From an uncultured Planctomycetota bacterium (GTDB lineage Bacteria; Planctomycetota; Planctomycetia; Isosphaerales; Isosphaeraceae), in contig CAWGMQ010000008.1 in NCBI GenBank assembly GCA_963823665.1, forward strand, positions 1,856,001 to 1,920,000: 64,000 bases of DNA. The letters run 5' to 3'. Numbering within the stretch: the stretch's first letter is position 1; every line of letters begins with the position of its first letter. Positions 49,390-57,485 of this stretch are shown piece after piece. The notes below the pieces were generated by a model that had not been told where the DNA came from, made no database searches, and saw only the letters and a program-made list of their open reading frames with translations. The position numbers and the translations under genes were made by a program.

Positions 49390-51432
49390 TTAACGCGGGG
49401 CTCGCGCCGACTCATCCTTTCGGTCCCCATCACGGCCGGCAAGAGCCTCGATTCGCGCTGCGGCGATCCGGGCGGCGGCCGTGTCGGGTTCATCCCGGAC
49501 GATCTCGCGGTAGAAGACGAGGGCGCCCTCGGGCTTGCTCATCCTTTCCAGAGACTCGGCCATCTTGAGCCTCGACGCCGCAAGCCGCTCCTGTTGCGCC
49601 CGGGTCTTTGCAACGCGCCGGACGGGCTGGCCGGTCTTTCCGGTCGTCGGGGAACTTGACGAAGGGCCACGCACCGAATGGCCGTTCCCAGGATCAGCTT
49701 CCAGTTCGGGTTCGGCCGAAGGCGGTGCCGCCAGCGACTTCAGGAACTCCTCGATCTCCGCTCGCTGCCTCGACGATAGACCGGCGAAGCGTGCGGCCGA
49801 GTCGCTGGCCTGGCCCTTGTGGAATTTCACCGCGTCGTAGACATTCTCGGCCCGGCCATCGTGGAGATAAGGGCCCGAGTCGCGGTAGCCCCAGAGTGGC
49901 GGCGTGCGCCACTCCGACCCGTCGGCGAGGCTGGCCGCTGTCGGGAAATCGACCACGTGCGTACCTTGATAGTAGATGTCCATCGTGACACTGACCAAAT
50001 CGGGTCCCATGTCGTGCATGAGCAGGTCGCTGTAGATCCCGTCGATGTTACCGAGACTCGGGCGGTGACAATCGGCGCACCCGATGGACAGGAACGACGC
50101 CCGGCCGGCTTCGATCGCCTCGGGATGGGGTGAATCCAGGCGCACCGGGGCGGGGAGTGATCGCACGTAGGCGACGAGGGAGTCACACTCCTCCTGAGTC
50201 AGATCCAGGGCCGTCGCCTTCACGTCCGGGGCCAGCGGAGAGATCGCCTGCTTATGTCCGGGAACCTCCAGGCCCAGCTCGCTGGCGCAGGCGCCCAGGA
50301 CGAATTCCCGCAGGCTCGTCGTCTGGGCCTTCCAGCCGAATTTCCCGATGCGTCCGCTCTTCATGGTATTGGCCCGCCCTCGAACCGGACCCGGCTCCTT
50401 CGCGGCCGTTGCGAGCAGCACCTGGTCGGGAAGAGCCTCGATCAGTCCCAGACCGAAAAGGGGTGGTGAGTTACGCTGGGAGGCGACGATACTGCCCCCA
50501 GCAAGCGTCAGTTGCGTGGTGTTCCTCGATCGCGGGGCCGGGAGCCGGGCTTTCAGGTGAGACCGCCACTTCGCGTAGCGGGGATCCACGCCGAAGTGAT
50601 GCAGCACAGTACTCGGCGTATCAACCAGCGCGGGATGGATCATCCTCAGGGCATCCTCGTCGGGTTTGAGGGTGAACGAACTGGCAGTGATCGAGCCCTC
50701 GGCGCAGGAAAGGTTGTAAACGCCACGGGCATCCGTCGTTTTGTCGATGACTTGCCCGCTAACTGCGTTCGCGGCGCTGATAAGGTCAGCAGCGCCACTC
50801 AGTTCCGTCAGGTTGATCCTCACGTCGAATTCCTGGGTTCTCAAGGTCGTGCCCTTCGCCGTGATCACAAATCCATTCCGGAACCAGCCGAAGGCGGGAT
50901 CTTTTGAAAAGTGTATATTTATCGTTTTGGCAGTTCCCCCGTTGCTCAAGAGTTGAGATTGCTCAGGGGTAAGAGGCGGCAGCGGCGAGTGACTCGAGTC
51001 CATTCTGATCTCTACTTTCGAAGTTCCGTCCTCGATGCGCGTGATCTTGGCAGCTCCGGGAATATGGAGCATCCCGGTGCCCAACTCCCTGCCGATCGAG
51101 GTCAGGACTTCGACGTTCATACCCGCCGGCCCACCGCCCCCGACACCACCCTGGCCGTGGCAGGCCACGCACGAGGTCTCGTTGTACACAGGCCCCAGCC
51201 CGTCGCCGCCGTGGCAAAGCGGGTCATTGGGCTGCCACTCGTGCGTGAAGAGGTCCAGGCCCAGCTTCAACTGTTCGCGGGATGGTCGGGACGGCTCCTG
51301 GCCCAAGGCCCCGCCCGCGACCAAAAGGCCGACGATGATCGCCAAGGGTGCCCGGGCCCGTCTCCATCGACGGCAGATCCCCCTAAGAAGTCCCACAGCC
51401 TTGGCCGCGTTCGCGCCGGAGGGGCATGTCAT
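49390..51432 (-). CDS. Di-heme oxidoreductase (DHOR-like) protein
   Basis: GDGLGPVYN.TSCVACH, RNSPPLFGLGL, GKFGWKA, GCADCH, YSDLLMHDMG, EWRTPPLWG, YLHDGRA. Confidence 0.9.
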   Translation of the reverse strand: MTCPSGANAAKAVGLLRGICRRWRRARAPLAIIVGLLVAGGALGQEPSRPSREQLKLGLDLFTHEWQPNDPLCHGGDGLGPVYNETSCVACHGQGGVGGGGPAGMNVEVLTSIGRELGTGMLHIPGAAKITRIEDGTSKVEIRMDSSHSPLPPLTPEQSQLLSNGGTAKTINIHFSKDPAFGWFRNGFVITAKGTTLRTQEFDVRINLTELSGAADLISAANAVSGQVIDKTTDARGVYNLSCAEGSITASSFTLKPDEDALRMIHPALVDTPSTVLHHFGVDPRYAKWRSHLKARLPAPRSRNTTQLTLAGGSIVASQRNSPPLFGLGLIEALPDQVLLATAAKEPGPVRGRANTMKSGRIGKFGWKAQTTSLREFVLGACASELGLEVPGHKQAISPLAPDVKATALDLTQEECDSLVAYVRSLPAPVRLDSPHPEAIEAGRASFLSIGCADCHRPSLGNIDGIYSDLLMHDMGPDLVSVTMDIYYQGTHVVDFPTAASLADGSEWRTPPLWGYRDSGPYLHDGRAENVYDAVKFHKGQASDSAARFAGLSSRQRAEIEEFLKSLAAPPSAEPELEADPGNGHSVRGPSSSSPTTGKTGQPVRRVAKTRAQQERLAASRLKMAESLERMSKPEGALVFYREIVRDEPDTAAARIAAARIEALAGRDGDRKDESARAPR

Positions 51433-51889
51433 GGAAGCCTCCCGCATCAGAGGGTGAGATCCCGGAGCTCCGACTCGAGCCGACTCGCCGGGCCTCGACA
51501 GTCTACCACCTTCTGATCATACGATGCGACTCCTGGATGGGTGCGAAAATGGCTCACGCCACCGCTCTTGGTAGACCCTCGACACTTGCTGCACTGATGT
51601 ATCGCGTGAGAAGTGATGCGCCGACTGGTTCTGTCGTCACCAGGATGTTTCCCGCCGCCACGTTGAAGCCACTCGGCCCCGACGACTATCTTCTGCTTTG
51701 CCACTTGAGGCTCGCCCCCGTGTTGGGCCTTGCCGGAGGCGTCGTCGCCCGCACCTTTGCCGGTTGGCCGCACGGACATGAGGCGACAGGCAGCGGCGAA
51801 GCATCGTCCGACTAGCCCCAGGACGTCGACATGATGAAACCGCCAGCAAGCCGGACGTTCGCTTCTCCCCCGCGTCGATAGCACGGCGA

Positions 51890-52122
51890 CTGAGTACTAT
51901 TCCAGTACGGCCCCGATTCAGTGCGGCAAATACGCGATGAAGTTTCTGATTCATCCGCCACCCGACGTCACAGCCGCCCGCCACGAAAGCGATGACAACT
52001 ATCTTCGCCGTGAACTCGCTGCTCGTTTGCGGTCGGGCGACGTCCACTTCGATTTTTCCGTGCAGTTTTTCGTGGATGCTGAACACACGCCGAAGCCAGC
52101 GTTCAAGAGAACGCAGGTTTGA
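51890..52122 (+). pseudogene. Catalase-like heme protein C-terminal fragment
   Basis: MKF...NYLRRELAARLRSGDVHFDFSVQFFVD..HTP; no N-terminus. Confidence 0.5.
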
Positions 52123-52145
52123 GCAACGGCCCCTCAGATCGAGCT

Positions 52146-52249
52146 CCGCCGCCCGTTCCTGAGGTCGATTAATGACTCGAGTTCCTTTCCGTCATCGCAT
52201 GGGACATCATGCGCGCGTCGGGGTCGTCGGACCGACGCGCGCAGCGTGA
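52146..52249. repeat. 104-bp direct repeat, copy 2
   Basis: Aligns to 26018-26121. Confidence 0.85.
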
Positions 52250-52297
52250 CTGTCGCTACCGATAGGCTGCGTCCACGTGACCGCGAGCGATCCACGC

Positions 52298-55200
52298 TCA
52301 TGCGCCCGAGTCTCGCTGGACGCCCCGGGCTCGCGGCAGGATCGTGAACGTGCCGTTGTCGCCAGGCTGGCCTTCGTCGTTGCCGTCCAGAAGCACGCTC
52401 GCAGCGCTGCTGACCCCGCCAGGCGGAGTCGAGATGACGGTGATCCGGCCGCCCTGCGCAAAGGCCTGTTTTCCGCTCAGCAGCAGGCTCACCGAGTGGT
52501 CCAAGGCGTCGTAAACCACCCTGATCGGGAGGGGATGCAGGATCTGGACCTGCTTTCGCTTGACGTGTTTGGTCGAGATCCAATCGACCTGGTAGTTGGC
52601 CGCATTGCCCGCGGTGGCTGGGTCCATCGCGGCGCTGTAGTCGATCGCGAAACCCGTGAGGACGGGCTTGCCGACCGGCTTGTGCTTCTTGTTCAGCTTG
52701 CGAGTGAACACGGCCTGCTCGCCGATGATGGTCGGGCCATCGGGCGAGACGCGAATGGTCTGCGAGATCGACACGGTTGAGCTGGCGGCGAAGTTGGCGT
52801 CGCCGTTGTACAGCGCGGTGATCGTATGAGTGCCGACCGTCAGGCCGGGCAGGACGAGCGTCGCCTGATCGCTGGTGAGGACCTGCTGGAGCGCAATCGT
52901 CGTCGGTGTGCCGCCATCGATCGTGAAGGTGACCGTGCCTGTGGGCGTGCCCGTTCCCGACTGCGGGGCGACGACCGCGGTCAGGTCGACCGTCTGTCCC
53001 AATGACGACGGATTGGCCGAGGCGTGCAGGGCGATCGTTGTCGCCTGGGTCGCAGGGGTGCCCACCAACACGGAGAACTCGCCGAGCGAGCTGGTCGCGA
53101 TCGCGTTGCCGGCCAGGTCCGTGACTGGGGCGCCGGCCAGAATCACCGAGTACGTTCCCAACGGCGAAGCCGCCCACGTTCCGCCCGGCGGGCTGATCTG
53201 ATACGCGGCCACCAGCGACGGGGCATCGCCCAGGGCGTCGGCGTGCCCCGACGGCGTCACCGACTCGAGGTCGGCGTCGATCGCGACGCCGTTGGGAGCC
53301 ACGACTTGCACGTCGGCCCCGGTGAGCGAAGCGAGCGAGACCGCACCGTTGTCGGTGAAGGTGATCGTGAAGGGATAGGGGGACAGGCCCGCGGCGTTCG
53401 CGGCCGTGACCGCCGGGGCCGACAACGCGGCCGTGGGTGGCGTGGTGTCGGCCACCGCGCCAACCTGGAAGGCGCCGATGTCCGGCGCGGCGCCGCCGGG
53501 GAGACTGTAGCCGCGCTGGTCCGTGTACAGATCGCGGGGATTGCCGGCTTTGCCCAGGGCTGGGCTGGTGCTGGTCAGGGCGATCGTCTCGGTCGGTCCG
53601 CCAAGGTTCTGCAAGCCGGCGGGGTTGAGCCCGGGATTGACTCCGGTGAGGTTCTTCGACCCGGTCAGCGTGCCGGTCGGAGCGGTCTGGAACAGGCTGT
53701 TGGTGGCGTTGATGTTGCCGGCGACGTCGGCCCCGTCCGTGGCGGAATTGCCGCCGAAGAGACAGCTCGACGCCGTGACTCCGCCACTGCCCGACGCGAA
53801 CACCCCACCACCGGAGAACGATGATCCGCCGGGCGGGTCGACCGCCTTGTTCAAGGCAACCGTCGCGTGATTGAGCGTGATGGTCCCCGAGTTGATGAAG
53901 ATCCCGCCGCCGAGCGCCGCCCCCAACTTGCCGGGCACCCCGCCGTTCTGGGCTGTGCCGGTCTGCCCAATGTCGCCGCCGGCTCCGGAGGCGCCTTTCT
54001 TGCCCCTTGCTCCGGTGCCCCCACTCCTGTCTGGAATCCCTCCGAATCCACCGGTACCGCCAGATCCCGCATGGCCCCCAAGACCGTAGTTTCCCCTCGT
54101 GACGACTCCCGAGGAACCGTCGGAAAGCATGAAGATCACGTTCCCGGCGCCGCCGCCGGCACCGAACGCTCCCGCCTGAACGGTATTGCCGGCGACGGTT
54201 CCATTGACGAACGAGAGCGATCCACTCGCGACATAGATCGCGCCACCCCGGCCCGTACCGCTCATTCCGCCATCACCGCCGACACCGGCCTTACCGCCGT
54301 TTCCTCCTACTCCGCCATTGCCGCCGTTGCCCCCATCACCACCATTGGCGCCGTTAATGCCATTGCCGCCGGAACCGCCCCGGCCTCCCCGGCCTCCCGG
54401 GCCGCCCGGACCACCGGCACCACCATTGCCTCCCTGGCCGCCGATTGCACCAGTCCCGCCCGTGGCGATGTTGGTGCTGAAGGTATTTCCGATCAGCGTG
54501 ACGCTGGTGGTCTTACCATTCATCGCCATTGCACCGCCATCGCCATCACCCCCCGCGCCGCCAGCTCCACCTGCGCCACCGGCTCCCCCGGTCTTGCCCA
54601 CACCGCCGGCACCGCCAACCCCACCCTTGCCCCCAATTGCAGGCTTGCCCACGCCTGCGCCGGTTACAAGAAACTCTGGGCGGCCCGCGCTACCACCCAA
54701 AACGCCCTGCCCACCAGTTCCGCCAACTCCACCTAGTCCTCCGCCGCCGCCCTCGGCTCCCGCGCTTCCTCGACCGCCGTGACCACCGGCGGCCTCGTTG
54801 CCGGTGAGCGTCGAGGTGGTAAGGGAGAGCGTCCCTCCGCCGATGTAGATCGCGCCTCCCATCCCGTTACCACCATTTCCACCTTTTCCTCCAGCGCCGC
54901 CATTACCACCTTTACCGCCCTTACCGCCGACACCGCCGGTCCCGCCGTTGCCGCCGGTCGCACCGTCACCGCCGCTGCCGGTTTTGCCGCTGTTGTTAAG
55001 TTCACCCTCACCGCCACCGCCGCCGGCGCCCCCCTTTCCGCCAGAGCCGCCGCCACCGCCGTTACCGCCTCCGAATCCCGGATGGGCGATCCCGCCGAGT
55101 CCTCCAACTCCGCCCCCCGCTTGATTGTTCTCGAATTGGTCTGAGGTGAGGATGACGGTCCCGCCGGAAACGTAGAGGCCGCCGCCAGAGCCATTCCCGC

Positions 55201-56443
55201 CGGCCCCGCCGGCTCCGCCGGCCGCGCCATTGAATCCGGTGGCCCCCGTGCCTCCGACGCCGCCGGTGGCGCCGTTGCCGCCTTTGCCGCCGTTACCGCC
55301 ATTCGTGCCGGCGCTGCCGAGGCCGTGCCCCCCGCCGCCACCGATGCCGCCGGCTCCTCCTACGCCTCCCTGACCGCCCCTGGCGGGCAGCGAGTGCCCG
55401 TTGTCGATCCCGACGGCGCCGGCCGCGCCGCCTGCTCCGCCGGACGCGCCGAGGGCGAAGTTATTTTGGATCGAGCTTCCCGAGATCACGACGGTACCGC
55501 CCGCGACGAAGATCCCGCCGCCGCTGCCGTTGCCTCCGGCGCCCCCCGCGCCGCCGGCTCCGTACTTCAGGGGAGGCTTGGTCGCCTTCCCTGCCTTGCC
55601 GCCTTTCGTTCCATTGCCGCCGGGGCCGCCATTGCCGCCATTCTCACCATTGATGCCGGCCTTGCCGGCGGCCCCCGCGGAGCCGGCGGAGCCGGTCTGG
55701 CCGGCTGAGCTGTTTCCCGGGCCGCCGCCACCGCCGGTGCCTCCGCTGCCGCCATGGGCGGAGTCATCATTGAGGACGGAGCCAATCAGCGTGAGCTTCC
55801 CTCCGGCCAGGTAGATACCGCCTCCCTTCGCGTTTCCACCCGCGCCGCCGGGCCCGCCGGGGACGCTGCCGACGCCGGGAAGCCCGTGCGCACCGTGGCC
55901 GCCGCGGGCCGAGTTGGCATTCACCCAGACATCCTTGAGCGTCACGTTGGCACCTTGAATCAAGAGCCCGCCGCCCAGGGCCGCGGTGCCGCCGACCGCG
56001 CCGCCGTCACGCGCCCTGCCACCAGAGATCTGGAGGCTCGAGAAGACCACCGAGACGCTCGCGCCCGTCTTTCCGATGACCTGGAAGATGCGCGTCTGCC
56101 AGCTACCCGAGGCGGGCTCGATGAACGACTTGGTCTGGCCCGCCCCGATGATGTTGAGGGTCTTGCTCGGAATGCCCGCATCGTCCTGGATGAGCAGGTT
56201 CCCGTCGGTCGTATCGGTCAACTGATAATTGCCGGCCGCCAGGTTGATGGTGTTCTTGGCGTCGTTGTTGCCGTTGGCCTGATCGATTGCATACCGGAGA
56301 CTCCCTACCGATCCGTCGGTGACGGTCGGCAAGACATTGAAGATAGCCGGGGCGAGCCGCTCTTCGAGGAGCTCCGCGATCGGCCACATCGTCGGGCGAC
56401 GGCGTCTTGGGATCGTGCCTTGCCATCTCATTCTTGCGTTCAT
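52298..56443 (-). CDS. Large Gly-rich (PGRS-like) surface protein with beta-helix/choice-of-anchor-Q-like region, Ig-like domains and shared C-terminal domain
   Basis: LEERLAPA motif, GSLRYAI..AN, GGGIY repeats separated by GGxGGx tracts, LQNLGGPTET.AL..SPA..DQRG...DIGAF, Ig-like SANPSSLGQTV. Confidence 0.88.
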   Translation of the reverse strand: MNARMRWQGTIPRRRRPTMWPIAELLEERLAPAIFNVLPTVTDGSVGSLRYAIDQANGNNDAKNTINLAAGNYQLTDTTDGNLLIQDDAGIPSKTLNIIGAGQTKSFIEPASGSWQTRIFQVIGKTGASVSVVFSSLQISGGRARDGGAVGGTAALGGGLLIQGANVTLKDVWVNANSARGGHGAHGLPGVGSVPGGPGGAGGNAKGGGIYLAGGKLTLIGSVLNDDSAHGGSGGTGGGGGPGNSSAGQTGSAGSAGAAGKAGINGENGGNGGPGGNGTKGGKAGKATKPPLKYGAGGAGGAGGNGSGGGIFVAGGTVVISGSSIQNNFALGASGGAGGAAGAVGIDNGHSLPARGGQGGVGGAGGIGGGGGHGLGSAGTNGGNGGKGGNGATGGVGGTGATGFNGAAGGAGGAGGNGSGGGLYVSGGTVILTSDQFENNQAGGGVGGLGGIAHPGFGGGNGGGGGSGGKGGAGGGGGEGELNNSGKTGSGGDGATGGNGGTGGVGGKGGKGGNGGAGGKGGNGGNGMGGAIYIGGGTLSLTTSTLTGNEAAGGHGGRGSAGAEGGGGGLGGVGGTGGQGVLGGSAGRPEFLVTGAGVGKPAIGGKGGVGGAGGVGKTGGAGGAGGAGGAGGDGDGGAMAMNGKTTSVTLIGNTFSTNIATGGTGAIGGQGGNGGAGGPGGPGGRGGRGGSGGNGINGANGGDGGNGGNGGVGGNGGKAGVGGDGGMSGTGRGGAIYVASGSLSFVNGTVAGNTVQAGAFGAGGGAGNVIFMLSDGSSGVVTRGNYGLGGHAGSGGTGGFGGIPDRSGGTGARGKKGASGAGGDIGQTGTAQNGGVPGKLGAALGGGIFINSGTITLNHATVALNKAVDPPGGSSFSGGGVFASGSGGVTASSCLFGGNSATDGADVAGNINATNSLFQTAPTGTLTGSKNLTGVNPGLNPAGLQNLGGPTETIALTSTSPALGKAGNPRDLYTDQRGYSLPGGAAPDIGAFQVGAVADTTPPTAALSAPAVTAANAAGLSPYPFTITFTDNGAVSLASLTGADVQVVAPNGVAIDADLESVTPSGHADALGDAPSLVAAYQISPPGGTWAASPLGTYSVILAGAPVTDLAGNAIATSSLGEFSVLVGTPATQATTIALHASANPSSLGQTVDLTAVVAPQSGTGTPTGTVTFTIDGGTPTTIALQQVLTSDQATLVLPGLTVGTHTITALYNGDANFAASSTVSISQTIRVSPDGPTIIGEQAVFTRKLNKKHKPVGKPVLTGFAIDYSAAMDPATAGNAANYQVDWISTKHVKRKQVQILHPLPIRVVYDALDHSVSLLLSGKQAFAQGGRITVISTPPGGVSSAASVLLDGNDEGQPGDNGTFTILPRARGVQRDSGA

Positions 56444-56709
56444 CCGGCATGCTCCACGGCGTCGAGATCAACGAGCGCGCGGCGAGAGACGAAGCCCCAA
56501 GGAATGCGCCATGCGTCGGACGATCGAGGCGCCTCAGATGCACAGGACGGGATTTGCGACCTCGACATCATCGCCGCGGAGATGCTCGGCCCGCCGTGCC
56601 GAACCCTCCGGCGCTCGTAATGTCGTCAACCATACAGGAGACGGCATCGTGACGTCCCGAACGGACACATTTTTTCCAAGATTCTTCCCGGAGTGGTGTG
56701 CGGGCCTGG

Positions 56710-57020
56710 ACGAACCGCCCATAACTCCTTGAGTGCCTGTTGCAGGAGAGGCAGCGAGCCGTGCTCGTCCGCGGGCGTTCGGCACCGCGGTGGCAACCTG
56801 GTCGACCAAGTTCCGGAGGGGATTGGCACCGGGCAGGATCGTGATCCGAACGGCATCCTAGAGTCGAGGCAACTCTCTGACGGCGATCGGCGTTTGCAAC
56901 CCGGCACGCACGAGGGACGACTTGCCGGAACCGGAGCCGCCGATCACGGCGACGAACGGCCAGGACCTGAGCGGACCGCAAAGCTCCGCGATCTCGAGGT
57001 CGCGGCCGAACTGGCTGCGT
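56710..57020 (-). pseudogene. Collapsed STAND (nSTAND1-like) NTPase remnant
   Basis: [44 protein letters not shown] packed into ~310 nt across frames. Confidence 0.7.
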
Positions 57021-57485
57021 CCCCGTGACCGCGAGCCTTCCCACCTCAGGTGCTCGAAGACCGATCGACGCCTCGGCCTCGCGGGAGGATCGTGAACGTG
57101 CCGTCGTCGCCGGGCTGGCCTTCGTCGTTGCCGTCCAGCAGTACGCCCGAGGCGCCGCTGACCCCGCCCGGCGAGGTGGCGGTGACAGTGATCTGGCCTC
57201 CCTGGGGGAAGGTCTGTGTTCGGCTCAACAGCAGGCTCACCGAGTGGTCCACAGCGTCGTAGACCACCCTGATCGGAACGGGATGAAGGACCTGGACCTT
57301 CTTTCGCTTGACGCGCTTGATCGAGACCCAATCGACCTGGTAGTTGGCCGCATTGCCCGCGGTGGCCGGGTCCATCGCGGCGCTAAAGTCGATCGCGAAG
57401 CCTGTGAGGACCGGCTTGCCGACCGGCTTGTGCTTCTTGTTCAGCTTGCGAGTGAACAGGGCCTGCTCGCCGGTGATTGTGGGGG
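57013..57485. repeat. ~470-bp direct repeat shared with 52265-52740 (3' ends of both surface-protein genes)
   Basis: Near-identical coding DNA ([23 protein letters not shown]...[20 protein letters not shown]) extending ~35 nt past both stop codons. Confidence 0.9.

Noticed and set aside
53900..55900. CCGCCG-rich periodic DNA as a tandem repeat array or CRISPR
   Set aside because: Explained by Gly codons on the minus strand; no constant repeat-spacer structure
56710..57020. Functional STAND/Avs-type defence NTPase
   Set aside because: Only scattered motifs across different frames in ~310 nt
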